64,000 bases of DNA, taken from positions 496,001-560,000 of the forward strand of contig JAQGDQ010000060.1 in the NCBI GenBank assembly GCA_030141605.1. The letters are read 5' to 3'. This stretch comes from Tubiluchus corallicola (lineage: Eukaryota > Animalia > Priapulida). A program made the translations under genes and the position numbers. Position 1 is the first letter of the stretch. Each line of letters opens with the position of its first letter. The notes under the pieces were generated by a model. It was not told where the DNA came from. It saw nothing but the letters and a program-made list of their open reading frames with translations, and did no database searches. This document shows, piece after piece, positions 12,001 through 27,000 of this stretch.

Positions 12001-15000
12001 GTTCATCATTGTTCAGCTTCAACCATTAAGTACACACGCATGCATGCACACACCATGCACCACACACACGCACTCCACAGACACACACCACACACACACA
12101 CGCACACACACACACACACGCCCACACACACACACACACACACACGCGCACACGTGGTCACACGCACACAGTCACACACACGCGCGCACACACACTGTGA
12201 CCACTCGGCTTTTCTCCCGCAATGCCGAGAACATGAAAACAACGACAAACACCAACTTTAATTTGTAGTATACGTATTCTGATCATTATAAGAGGAAATA
12301 TGTAAAATTATTATGAAGACCGAACCCCTAATATTGCATTGATAACTGTGATTATCCTTAGTCCTTGTCCCATGTAATGAGGTAATTGTTAAGCATTTTC
12401 AATACGAGAGGCAATATCTACACTTTCCAGGTCTTATTTTCTTCTTGCAGCCTAATTCGATTAGAGCTGAACCATTCTCACTTGCCGTACTACCCGGAGT
12501 TCGATGCTGTAAGGCTTACAGGACAAGCGCTGAGAGACGAGACTTTGTTTCCACACTCAGTCAACAGTGTAGGACAAGTCTCACAGAAGCTGAGCTCCAT
12601 CACTTTAACAGATACTACTGACGGGTACCTTAATGGGGCTTTCGCTGTACTGCCAGTAAGCTTCATGATACAGTAAGTCCTCGCTTAATGATGCTAATGC
12701 GTTCCAGCAAAGTGCGACGTTAGAAATGTGGTTGAACGAAACGAAAACTTCCTTCTCTTAGGAAGTAATGTAAACGAATTGAGACACGTTCCAAAACCAA
12801 AAATCAATGCATCAATGCTGCTTAAATCATATAAATTAAACATTTTACGAGTTTCATTCATATTTCTACTGATTAATTTCTTTCTGTTTGCTTGAAATCA
12901 CCTATCTTTGTTACCGGTACCTAGCTAGACTTGCTAGCGATTTCTTCTCCCCCGTTTAAACACTGCGTGTTAAACACTACATAGTGAAAGCCAAGTTCTG
13001 CATGGAGCGACCTTGAGACAATTTCATATAGTACTAGTCTGGTTGTTATAGCAACAGGTTACATACAGAATTTCTTGGCATGGGGTTTAAACCCGGGTGT
13101 TGCTTGATACAAACGGCTAAAATGTAGTACGTAGTCAGTCGGGAAGCGAAAACATTTAATAATTACACTATTTAAGTTACTAATGCATTTTTAGAACAGA
13201 ATAATACAATGTGTACCATTTTAATGCTTCAAACTAGGTAAAAAAGGTTGTTGGTAAGATAAAAAATAGCTGTGAGTAAACTAAAAAATTATCGGTAAAA
13301 CAAAACGGTGCGTCGTTAAGTGAAGAAGCGGTGTCAAATGTTCAGCGTCACTAAAACGAAATGTCGCTAAGCGGAGAGTCATTAAGAGAGGACTTGCTGT
13401 ATAGTAAGGATTATGTAAGTTTCTTGTAAAACATCGACCACACATACACAGCGGAGTAGCGGGGAAGGTCACCCTGTGTGGTAGCCAAATTGGCCGCGTC
13501 CTTCCTTAAACATAATACAACTGCCACCGCTACAAGCACACGTATACAAAAGACTTGCATTTCATTTATTGACTGATGAACATAACACAACAGCAGCCGC
13601 TACAAGCACACGTATACAAAAGACTTGCATTTCATTTATTGACTGATGAACATAACACAACAGCAGCCGCTACAAGCACACGTATACAAAAGACTTGCAT
13701 TTCATTTATTGACTGATGAACATAACACAACTGCCACCGCTACAAGCACACGTATACAAAAGACTTGCATTTCATTTATTGACTGATGAACATAATACAA
13801 CTGCCAATGCTACAAGCACACGTATACAAAAGACTTGCATTTCATTTATTGACTGATGAACATAACACAACAGCGGCCGCTACAAGCACACGTATACAAA
13901 AGACTTGCATTTCATTTATTGACTGATGAACAATGTAATGATGCTCAAAACTTAAATCTGTGGATACAGACAATAATAAATAAAAAGCAAATTTAATAAT
14001 TGAATTTAAAACATAGAAAAGAATAATAAAGTCTGAAAGGGATGAAAAATTGAAAGCAATAAAGAATATGAAAAACACTGACAATGTTTTTAGATATTTA
14101 TCACTGAATGCCCTGGACTTAGGCATTTATTCTTAAAGCACCAGAAAACCTTCCACTTACATAAATCTTAAAGAATTCGTCTTGAAATTTTGTATAACTT
14201 ACCTACTGCCTTTTTGCATATTAGTCTTGCACCAGCAGTGACGCTGTATAAAACATGTAAATTTAAACTCCCGCAATGACCGTTAGTCGCAACCATTCTG
14301 ATGATAATACATTTGAAACAGGTTTAGATAACATTGAGTAAAGTTTGAAAAAATAATCAAAGCATTCGTAGCATTCATGTTGCTAACTAAGTAAAATTTT
14401 AAATTACTGTATCTCGTCAATAAGATCAAAAATACATTTTTGGTTAGTGAGTGGTGCACCCTGGAGGGTCAGCGACATTTTACCAATTGACACGAACATT
14501 TTAAATAATTATTTCTAGTTACATAAGTATCTCAAGCAGGTAAGCGAAATGCTAAGTAATACAATTTTGCACGGAAAGTTTTTTTGGGACATGGTTTGAC
14601 ATGTACTTTTCTTCCCCTGATTTACGTTGTGCATAAGTGATAACACGTAATGGCTCCGTCGGAACAGTGTCGTGGGAAAATGAAATCAAACGAAAAATCC
14701 TTTTAACGCTAGCACAATATATGCATAGAATTGCTATAAAGTAATATAATTTTTTAAAGCGATTTTTCTGAAACCTACTTCAGGCACCCTTTTATTGTCC
14801 TTTAAAATGAAAATACGAAAAACACTGACTGAACCCTTTTATTGTCCTTTAAAATGAAAATATGAAAAACACTGACTGAACAACTAGATGTTCAACTTTT
14901 CAACTTTTTGAATTTCGAATTGCTTCATGATCTCTTAAACATCAAGTGATTCGGTTTATCCTCTTTCAGTAGAAAGAATTTCTAAGTTAATGGGTCTATG

Positions 15001-18000
15001 ATTGTTCATAGTTTTAAGATAATTCTTTATTAGTTTCAATTTAGAACAACTCGCAGTTAGCCCCGCTGACAACTTTTGCTAAAAATAATCTCAGTAATAT
15101 TTGGCATCGAATTTTGAAAACCAAATTTGGTGATGAAACTATTTGAGAATTCCGCAATTTGGAAAAAGAATCATCGACCAAAATTTTTTATTGACCTAGA
15201 TAGCTTTTTGTGTAAATTTTAGAAAATGTTACTGCCTGAAATTTTGCTGTCTCAAATTTTTACTGTCTTCATGTAGTTATAAATTTTTCTTGTACCAATA
15301 CCTCTGGTGGCATCCAAAAGATTTATTTTAAGAAGTACGTATTATTACCATGTTATCGCTCATATACATTTTGTTTGATATCAGTTTACGAGCTTTAAGC
15401 TTATGTTTTACAAATATGTACTGTTTTATATCATACCGATGAAAATAAATATGATCTTATCTTATCTTATCTTATCTTAAAATCACAAAAAAGTAATACG
15501 TTGCACATAACTTGGGCATAAACTAGTTACTTTTCTGCTTAAAATGTGATATGGTAGATGCCGTCATCTTACTTTTTTGTATTGTTTTGCAGGATGAGCT
15601 CATACAGTTGATAATTTCTTTTCTTGATCTGCCTTCATTGTTACGTGCAGCTCAGACATGTTTGTTACTACGGCGACATTGTACACAAACATCGTGCTTC
15701 AAGGAGTTGAATTTACATCCGTACTGGCATTTGGTGAGAGTAATTAGCAGACATTGCTTGTCCTTTGTATTACTGAATGGTCATGAATTACACTAGCTAA
15801 AGTTTTAAAACTATGCCTTTTGATGCAGTGTAATGCAATGATTTTGGACTTTCATAATTGCTTAATTTTTTGAGCCATTCTGCTTCGAACCCTGTTGACA
15901 TCGGTTTAACTCCTTCAGGACCGCACATTCCTCCTGAACCCTGCTGTTGTCGGTTTAACTCCTTCAGGACCTCACACTGCTCCTGAGCCCCTCTGACATC
16001 GGTTTAACTCCTTCAGGACCTCACACTCCTCCTGAACTCTGCTGTTATTGGTTTAACTCCTTCAGGACTGCGCACTCCTGAAGCCTGCTGTCATCGGTTT
16101 AACTCCTTCAGGTCCGTACATTCCTCCTGAGCCCCTCTGACATCATTTTAACTCTTTCAGGACCGCACACTCCTCCTGAGCCCCTCTGACATCGGTTTAA
16201 CTCCTTCAGGACCGCACATTCTTTCTGAAGCCTGCTGTCATCGGTTTAACTCCTTCAGGACCGCACATTCCTCCTGAGCCACTCTGACATCGGTTTAACT
16301 CCTTCAGGACTGCACACTCCTCCTGAGCCCCTCTGACATCGGTTTAACTCCTTCAGGACCGCACACTCCTCCTGAAGCCACTCTGACATCGGTTTAACTC
16401 CTTCAGGACCCACCTTCAGGACCGCACACTCCTCCTGAGCCACTCTGACATCGGTTTAACTCCTTCAGGACCTCACACTCCTCCTGAGCTCTGCTGTCAT
16501 CGGTTTAACTCCTTCAGGACCGCACATTCCTCCTGAGCCACTCTGACATCGGTTTATCTCTTTCAGGACTGCACACTCCTCCTGAGCCACTCTGACATCG
16601 GTTTAACTCCTTCAGGACCGCACATTCTTTCTGAAGCCACTCTGACATCGGTTTAACTCCTTCAGGACCGCACATTTCTCCTAAGCCACTCTGACATCGG
16701 TTTATCTCTTTCAGGACTGCACACTCCTCCTGAGCCACTCTGACATCGGTTTAACTCCTGTTGAATGTAAGATCCATTGATGTCAGCAAGTATCTTCCCC
16801 CTCCCCCACTTTCTATTTTTGCTTTATCTGGTTTCCTAAGATTACATCATTTCACACTCAACATTACTGATGTGTTACTTTACTTTTGCCCATCGCCAGT
16901 ATACATGCGTGTTGGTAGCGTTATCAACTTTACTCCTTTTGCAAAGTTGCTTTTTTTGTTTTCAACTTCTTTGTTTTTCTTTGCACTCATCTTTCTACTT
17001 ATAACCTCGTTACTTTGCGAGTTACAATAAAGTTTTTAAATTTATTCTTGTTGTCTTCGTGTTTGAGACAGAGCTGGTACATTCTTTGATTAATGGCGCA
17101 TAATTTCTATGTAAGTGCTTATAAAATAACCTTCTGTTAATTAAAAAAAATGTTTACGAAAGCATTCATTTAACTGAAGGTAAGTCTACAAGAATAGAAG
17201 TTTTCCGGACAGAATACAGGAACCGAAAAGCAAAAAGGCTACAAGTCATATAGAATACAGCAGGGTCAGAAATCCAATTTCAAATTCCATCAGTCAAATT
17301 CAATTTTAGAATCAATGAACACAAGCTGTAGATAGATAATTAAATACACTTTATCAATACACTGTAATGCATGCGTAAGCCTAATATGCCTTTTATTATA
17401 ATATTACAGAAAAATATTAGGGTGTAGAGGGGGTGCTAGAAATATGTTTGCTTAGGATGTCAAACTTGTCAAACTAGAGCTGGCTCTGAGATTGCCAAGA
17501 ACTGCTATATTTATGTTTTTTGTGTTTGTAGGTTAATGATGAGACGTTTGAGGCATTGATGCAATTCAGGAATTTACAAAAACTCTCCCTTTCGTGGTGT
17601 GGGCCATACAAAGAGATCTCTGCATCTGGCCTTTGTAGGTAATTGATTTTTTTTATTTTCACGTAGCAGCCCCCTTGTTGAAATGTTGCCGTGAAACTCA
17701 ATTTAATCTGGAATGCGCTGTAATTTACACGAGCAACTTGTCCAAAAGAAAATCGGTACCAAAGCAGTGAGTGAAGCCTTTGAGTGAACCAAAGCATAGG
17801 CATGATCAAATGTTGTATTAGGAAAGCCTAATGTATACTGTGATGAGTGATGATTTCTACTTCCATAGCAGTAATGCCACACCCATCGACTAATTGATTG
17901 ACTAGTCAATTAAAGGGGTCAAAACACTTCCATCCCAAAGCGAGTCTATTAAGTGGCATCTGCTGTGCAGTCAGCCACCTATTATACGTGTGCGGGACAA

Positions 18001-21000
18001 TAAACTGAAAATTATTATTGTTAAATTTAAGGCTTAGGGGTTGCAATACCATGTGTAGATGTGTTTATTTACTTCAAAAACCATTTAGGCTTTTTAGAGG
18101 ATACATTAAAACTTTATGTCATTAGGGTCTTGCTTAAAAAATTGTCAGTTAAACATTGGTATTAGAAAACATTTACTGTACATTGAAATAACCAGCTTAC
18201 TGACCACTGCGAGTAAGTCTGCTGTAAATGATCTCTCTCACCTGTGCCTTAATTGCAACCATTCTTGCAGGTTCTTACACGCTTGTGGGTCAAGCCTAAC
18301 CGTCCTGCGACTAGCTTGTTGTGATTTTGTTACCGATGTTGCTATGGAAACCATCTGCGCTGTCTGTGTAGTACTACGAGGTAGGGGATCTGCCTGAACT
18401 GTTTTTTGTACAGTTCAGTTTACAGCAAGTCAGTATCTAGGCAACAGTGTTTGTTGTTTCTGTTGATGGATGTGGCAGGACTGACACCTAGCTTATTGAT
18501 AATATAGTCAGTCCTCGCTTAATGACTCCCCATTTAACGATGTTTTGTTTTAACCATGTTGAACATTTGACTCTTAGCAATGGGTGTTTTATTTAACGAA
18601 GGCTTTTTTGCTTTAGTCAAGCCATTTTTTTATTTCAACAACAACTTTTTTGCCTAATTTGAAGCAGTAAAACAATACTTCTTGCATTAGTTTGTTGTAA
18701 GAAACTGCTAGCAATGTAGAATAGTATAATATATATTTAAGAATTTATCTTCCCGACTGACTGCCAAATGCTGAAGCCATATGTACTTGTGATTAGTTGA
18801 TTATTCCTCTACACAGTGGAGTGCAAACTTTCTAAGGGAATTCTGCCTGCAACCTGTCGCTAGCAGCGAGTGTCCAGGTGAAATTGCTCCAAGGCCACCT
18901 TATGCTTGGCTTCTTATTACGCAGTGTCTAACTGCTACCTGCTAACTGTCATGTGGCTTCAAAGTTGATGAGAGAGAAACTACTAGCTGCAGGTAAGAAA
19001 CTCAAAGGCCTGGCCAGCAGAAAAAAATAAATTAGAACTAGAAACATGGACGGCGGTACTAAAAGATTTAATTTATATTCACTAAGTTTTACTGATTTTT
19101 GTCCCAAATGTATCTCAATGCATTTACATTACTTTCTATGGAAGTTATGCTTTGCCTGACGATATTTTGCTTAAAGTCTCTTTTTGCTGGAACGCGTTAC
19201 GCCATTAAGCGAGGACTTACTGTAAATCAATAGCAATGGTCTAAGATGAGATATTTCACTAGGAGAAATGTTCTTACTCTCCTTTGGCTGTGTATATAGA
19301 TCTTCCTTCAATAAGAGAAATTTTCAAATGCAATGTGACACGGAAGCAAGTTTTTTGCTGTCACCCGTACATTTACTGACCGGGCCTGGCATGTCTGAAG
19401 ATTGCCAAGTCACTCAGTGATAAAGCCAAAAGGTGTTTGAGCAAATAAGAATTACAGTGAAATCTCGCGATCTGTTTCTTAGAATTGACATCTGTTGATT
19501 ACACTGCCACTTTTCTTTATTATTTATTACTCAGTGCAGTGAAAAGCAAGTGACTGCCTATGTGCATTTTCAATGTAATTATGTTTTGCATGCGGTAATA
19601 GTCTGTACGTCGTTTCTGTTTAATTCTGTTTAATTTTATTATGTTATATTTATGTTATGTTTTATTTTATTTGTTTTTATTAGGATTAAATTTGGAAAGA
19701 ACTCTAGCATGTCTAGCTTAGTATGTTTGTCTACCTTTTGTCTTCAGCCTGTGTCTAATTTTATAAAGTATTTCTTATTCATCCATTTTAGTACTTAATG
19801 TAAAACAGCACACAGTAAACTAAACTAGTCAGTTTTTAGTCTTTAAAGGTACAGTAAGTCCTCACGTTTTTACGACGCTGAGCATTTGCCACCTTTTTTC
19901 ACTTTAACGACACCCTGTTTCGTTTTTTTTTTTGTACTTTGCTCTAAGTAAATGTTCATTTTTTCAACCACTTTCTACTAAATTTGATCCATTAAAACAG
20001 TACACATTGCATTATTCTGTTCTAAAAATGCACTAGTAACCTAAGCAGTGCAATTATCATTCAAGTACAGTATACGTTTTTGCTTCCTGACTGACCACTA
20101 AATGCTAGCCGTTTAGCATTTGTATCAAGGTGGCCCAGCGCTTGGTTTTGACTCTGCTAAAATGACGGTGCTAAAAAGGCTTTTGTCAATATATGTAGCA
20201 ACATAAACCAAACTCCTTTAGTGACACAAACACTTTATTATTGATTCTCGTTTCTGTACACTACGTTGTGACTACTAGATTAAAACCTGTAAAAGCTCAA
20301 ATCAGTTACTGATTTGGTTACCGAAACTGGTTAACCTTGGGCAATGTATCTCAGAAACCAGTCAGGTGAGAAAATGATTCACTGTAGTCTAACTTGCTGT
20401 AAAGTTGTAATGTTGCTAAAGTTTATAAAGTTCATAAACAAACTCGTGAATCAGTTCACGACAGATGGCAATGTTTATTGTTTAATTGCTGCCTACACTA
20501 AATGTTAACGAAAGAGAAACTGCTAGCTAGGCTAGTAAGATATATAGGTAGTTTCAAGCAAACAGAAAAAATTAATCAGTAGAAACATGAGTAAAACTCA
20601 TAAAACCTTTAATTTATATGATTTAAGCAGCTTTGATTTTTGCTTCTGGAATGTATGTCACTTTTTTACATTACTTTCTGTTAAGTCTTGGCTTCGTTTA
20701 ACGACGTTTTGTTTAACGTCGCATTTTGCTGGAACGCATTAGCATCGTTAAGCAAGGACTCACTGTACTGTGTTCTGTTTTGTATTTAAACTGTTACTAG
20801 CACGTCACGGACTGTTATGAAACTGTTGTGTATACAGCTTGATATGCTTCATGTAAAAAATTCTATTCTGTTCTATTTTGCTTAGTTTTACTTGACGAAC
20901 AGATGACGCTTTTGCAGAGTTGGACATATCATGCTGTAGACAGTTAGGAAGCAGAGGGTTCACAGCAATGGCTGACCTTAAGAATCTTCGCTCTTTAAAC

Positions 21001-24000
21001 TTGTACAGAACGCTAATCGACCTGGGAGTGATGAAACAAATAGTAAGGTACTATGTCTTGTAGAAAAAAGTGATTATCTGATGCAAAAAATCAGTTATGG
21101 AGAATGCTTACTGTGTGCATTATCAAAGCTGTGCTCTAGTCATCCACAAAACATTTACTTTTTGACATTTTATAACAATTATATGTAAAATATAGTCAAA
21201 CGCCTCGGTAGGAATTCAATGACGATCTGACTAGTGCACATAGGGATTCTCAATTACTTTTTTTAAAACGGCAAACGGGCAACGATAAGCTGAAATTACA
21301 AAACAAATAAATAAAACGGTCAGCAAAAAAACATTGAAACAGAGATATACAAGGACAGGCTGAATAGTTTCACTATCTTCACAGTTTCAAGAAAGTTCTT
21401 GCGCACTGGACACCCATTAGTCCATCACATGTAGCGTCCTCTGTGGGGCCCAATTTGAACAAATCTGTCTAACTGGCTTAAAACTGGTCCTGCCTGAAAT
21501 GCCACTGATGAAACACTGGGGTTCTCTTCTCCAAAAAATTGTTTAGAATTGGAAAATTTAAAACATGCTAGCAAATATTTTTAATAATTTCAGAAATTTC
21601 TGCACGTACAAACATCCTACAAAATTTTTAGCATTTACAGTTGCAAACTTATTAAACTTTTTTCTCAAATTAATGTAAAAGCACAAATACAGTTGCACCT
21701 CTTTACACTGCCAACTTTAGGATTGTAAAAAAAAGTTGGCATTAAGCAAGTTTGTCATTATAACATGGTGGATTAACGTACATGTCTATAGATATTTTGT
21801 TTTGCAAAAAATTTAGGCTTTAAGTGAGGTTGGCATTATAATGAGATTTGATTATACGGAGAAACTTTAAACACGTTAAAACATGTCTGAACTTCTTGGG
21901 CTGTTTTTGACATTGTGAATGTCCAGTGAGGTTAATTTTTTTCTCAGATCCGTTGTGCTTTCTTGGTATCAATTCTCGTCATTAGAAAAACAAATGGAGT
22001 TCAATGGAGCACTTATGACATCTTCTGTTTAGCAGATTTATCAGTTTTTGTTCGTATAGCTAAGTGAGCTTATAGTGATCTTTCCGTATGCCTTACAAAG
22101 TAGAGGTCTAGATGCACCCTCGGTAGAGGAACGATAGATTAGATTTCGTGTATCATGTACAGTCAACCTCGGGTATAAGGTACTCTCTTATAAGGGACCA
22201 CGAACACCGATCCCAATTTTTCATAACGTTTTCCTAATAAAAATCTTCGTATATAAGGTACTTTCTGTTATAAGGGACGATATCTTCAGGTCCCGCGTAA
22301 TAGAAACCCAGGTAAAATACCTCGCATATAAGGGCCCTATGATCAAAGCTAAATTGATCGATTTTCAACCTCAATTTTTCATAAACTTGGCCTTCGAACA
22401 ACTCGGTTTCCGTAGTCATATTCATCTCGCATCACTGATGGAACTTCCTACATACTGTTTGTGCAGAATGTGTAGCAATAATCCATAAAAATATGGGTAA
22501 AAGTACAGAAAAGTATAGGTCTGGATACACCCTTGGTCTGACTCAACTTCGGCTATAAGGGACATCGGATATAATTGACGATTTTTTCCAGTCCGGAGGT
22601 GTCCCTTATATCTGAGGTTAACTGTACAGATATTTTATCTTGCTGAAAATATGGGCACTAAGCAAGTTTGGCAGTATAAAGGCGGCGTTATAATGACCCG
22701 TTGACTATCATTTTTGTGATGTGTTTATGCTTTTACAGGTGTTGTCCCAACTTGGAAGTTTTAAACCTTGGCTCCTGCTCTTCGATCTTTGATTTTGATT
22801 CGCTAGCCCAGGACATCGGAGACCACCTGAAACATCTAAGAAGTTTAGATTTATGGAGGGCGAAGACGATGACGACAGTTGGTCTACGGTGCATATCAAG
22901 GAATTGTCCAAAACTGATTGAATTAGATCTGGGATGGTGGTAAGGTGGTGTAATATTTTTCTTGTTTTGTTGAAATTTGTATCTTGATTCCATTCATTTT
23001 CAATGGAATGTTTTGTGCTTCATTGTATTTTTGCTTTGACTTCATTTTCTAGTGTGAAATTAACGGAAACGGCTTTAACTACAGTCTTGATTAAAACGGT
23101 TTTCATTTAGGTAGAAAAGTCAATTTGTTTCCTAGTCCCAAAATGAAGTACGATGATAATAAAGTTATGTTTCACTGTTTGCCAAATTCAGAGGCACTGC
23201 AAATGTCTGTACTTTGTCTCCTTTTTTGCATTTTTTTGCTCTCTGCGTCACCTCTTTTTTTAGATATCAGCTACTACTCATCATTAAACTAAAAAGGTAA
23301 TACAGAAAATTGGACGAATGATTCTCTCTAGTAGAGGTGTTTCATGACAACCCGTACACGCTGTAGAATTGAATAGAAATTTGTAGAATGTTCTATAGTA
23401 TAGTAGAACAATCTTTTTACCTTGTAGAAGCAATCGTAGATTCTAGAACTTTCTATACGTGATGCGCGTAGTAGTTTCTAGATTGTCCTGGTGTTCTCCA
23501 TTTGAATTGATATTCTCAGATACGCACATTCTTGCTTTCACTTTTCCAGATTATCACATTGACTGTACATATTTCGAGTTTCTTCATACTTTCTGTTGTG
23601 GAATTCTCACACAATGAACCTGTTCAATTTGACAGCGTCTTTTCTTGTTTTCTCTACGAGCCTTCCGAAAGAAACAAACACAACACACTGTAAATAAGGA
23701 AACTGCTTTAGGGCATATTCCCTCAGATAAAAATGCTTGATTACAAAACTGAAATATACAAGTGTGTAGAAAAAAATCAGTAACCCTATAACACTTAAGT
23801 GCCTTTATAACGTTTATCTTTATGGCAGGATGTAATGTAAAGATTTCTTTGTCATCTAAACACATTTTACCCATCTTGCATTGGCCTTACTCCCAAGACA
23901 GTGCACAACTTCTGTCTAACTTAATCTCACTTGTTTTACAAAATTGAGCTTTCATGTTATTATTGTTTCAAAGGTTCTAATTTTATACATAATTTTTGGA

Positions 24001-27000
24001 ACTGTTTGGAACTGGCGCAATTGTTTTATGTGTGTTTTTTTGAAAAGCAATATTTTATACTGTTGTGTTTTGTTTCTCTCGGAAGGCTCGTAGAGAAAAC
24101 CAGAAAACACTTCATCATATTAAACCAGCTTATTAAGCGAGAATTCTACAACACAAAAGTATGAAGGAATATAAACGTTAAAATCTGGAAAACATTTGAG
24201 TGTATGCAAGTACACAAGAGAATGTGCAAGTAGCGTCCATGTGAATCAGTGTGTGTCTGTCAGCGGCCTGCTTCGCCTTATACAGGGTGCCAGGGAACAT
24301 TCTAGAAGTTTCTTTCCAGAACATTCTACACAGTAAGACGATTATTCTAACGGAACATTCTACAATGTTCTATTTAATTCTAATAGATGCCAGCAATCTC
24401 CACAACGTATACCAAGTTTTGTAACTGTACACTGTTAATCGGGAGGTGGTTACTGGCTGCGGTTTTTGTCTGTCGTTAAACCTCTGTTTCTTCAATCTTT
24501 AAAGGAAGGTTATCGTTTCGTGTATGGTTACCATATTGTCTGAGTTGAAAAAGAGGACACTTTTTTGCTCACTTGTAATTAGGCAAAAATGACCAGTCTG
24601 ACGGTATGAAAGGCCAGTGTTCCTTCAGCCGCTGACACAGAATCGTCAGTTTTTGAGCCAGGTTTTACAAAAAAATCCGTGACTCTTGTGGACGAACTTT
24701 CTCCTCGAACACTCTTACCATGTTTCTGTGTGCTGACGTGGGCATCCAAATCGAGCGCACCTTTATTTGCAATGAAATGCAAGTTCCACCACCACATGTC
24801 GAGCATTCGGCTTCCCAGTAATATCGACCTGCGCGAAAACACGGGTACTTGGCCTTCATTTCATGTGTAAATGCATTGCTACATTCTAATTAACTTTTAC
24901 CAGTTGCTGAAAACTGCAAAACAGCGAAACTATTCAAATCTAAAGAAATTCACGGAAAAACAAACAAAATGGCGGCGCTATTACACTTTCGCACCGCCTA
25001 GCTTTTTATAGGTTATTACTCGATTTTAGGCTCGTAAGTCATCATTCTATTATTCTTACGTCATCAGTGAATGTTTCCGCTAATCTAATTGTAATTTAAT
25101 AATATATTTAGGTATAATTACCAATAATTACGCTGTATTCACAGTTCTACACCTATACAGCGCGTATCGCCATCTTGTTTGTGTGTGTAGTCACGTGACA
25201 AATTTCGTACTAGTTTATGCATTATCAGGGCCTAGCTTAAAAGGCACGTGACACACTTTCATCTTCACCGCATTTACGAAATAAAGAAAAAACCTTTACT
25301 TTTTTTATAATCTAATAGTAATAATACTACAGTAATAAATAAAATTAATGATAAATAACTGTTCCGTTCCAGGCCCACCCGCGATACGATACAAACTCCC
25401 ATAGCTGCAACCCTAATAATCATAAATTATGCGAAGAAACTAAAAATACAGGTTAAGGGCCACACACGTCACTGCGCGAGAGCGATTGCGCATCAGTGGT
25501 GTAAACACGGTTATTCACGTGCAGATTTTAATGGCGGCTGTAGGTAAGTAATGCATGATTTTAATCTGGACTTATAAAGCGTAAGAAGCAATAATATTAT
25601 GGGAATATGGTGTATATTACGCCTGTTGGTCTGCTTTCTGGCCTGCAGGCGTGAAAACAACCAATAGGCCAGGAAAAGCTAGGCGGTGCGAAAGTGTAAT
25701 AGCGCCCAAAATGGCTCCCGGAAGCTGACGTCATTTTAAGCCGTTAGCGAATACGCCGAGTATCGACAGCGGTGTGAGTCGTGTGACCCATAGTGATGTG
25801 TGTGCGCATCGCTTACTTTGTTCAGTAAATATGTACACAAAGCTTTTACAACGTCCGTACATACTTACGGATTGAGGCAAAACCCAGACAAACTGCCGAT
25901 TTTTTGAAAATTCGCCCGGACAGAGGCCCAAAAAGAGGACGTGTCCGGGGAAACCCAGACGTATGGTAACCGTAGTTTTGTAGAAATTTGTGTTCAACTA
26001 ATAAGCTTATAGAAAAAGTATTTTGATCTTAAAAACATGCTCAAATTGAATTGTTTGTAATGAAAAAATATATGCAATTATTGTCTGCTGGCATTTAGCC
26101 TCTAATTAACTCTTAATCTCTGTAACAATTTTTGCATGCCCTAAATATGTTTTCTGAATAACAGAAATGATTTGTTTATTCAGAGGAGTTGTGAGAGTTG
26201 TTTCATTCATGGACAAAAAAATCAGTTTACTCAGCAATCCCCAGAGCCTTCACCACTTATGTGCTGTACCCTCTCATTTTAGCATGTCCCTGACCTCCGA
26301 TTCTGGTTGTTTCGTCCACCTTGCTGCTCACTGTCCCAAGTTGAAAGTTCTCAATTTGACAGCTATTAGGACAGTTTCTGACACCGACTTGGAAGCCTTG
26401 ATTCACCACTGTCCTCACCTGGAGCGGCTGGACATACTGGGAACGCGAGAAGTTTCACCGCCTGTCGTGGAAAGGTAAAGTTAAATATCTTGGTGTGCTG
26501 TCACAAGTATGCATTCTTATACGTCTTTACTGGAAAGCTTTAGCTGCAAACAACGAATGTAATTAAAGGAAAATGTTGCCATTAGTTTTTCACAATTATG
26601 TTTGTCAATGAAATTTGTACTATTTCGAAAAAAATATACAGGGTGTCTATAAAGACTCTTTACAGTTTTAAAAATGTATTACAAATGCAGTTGACAAGAT
26701 TTGTTAACTAGATTTGTTCTAATGTAATCAGTGGTTGTCAAGGTTTTTTTAAACTCATTTAATACACTTCTATATTGGCACCATTAGTTGCACGAAGCAC
26801 ATCAAGACGGTACTTGATTTCTTGCCATGTTCGCTGTAGCATAGCCTCATGGCATCAGAAATCCGTCCTTTGCTTCAAGTCAGTAATGTCCCGTATCTTT
26901 GTTTGATGCACGATGTCTTTCACATAACCCCATGGATCTCTTCCATACTTAGTTCTGTAGTTTCGCTGAGTCTGCACGTACGATTTTGTCTCAATAAACC

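Noticed and set aside
11999-12268. His/Thr- and Val/Cys-rich ORFs
   Set aside because: Translations of the (CA)n microsatellite.
15873-16760. Regular arrays (also 1218-1437, 13511-13930, 43802-44465, 62250-62520) as CRISPR-like
   Set aside because: The units are head-to-tail with no unique spacers, there are no cas genes, and the context is eukaryotic introns. They are minisatellites and their ORFs are artefacts.
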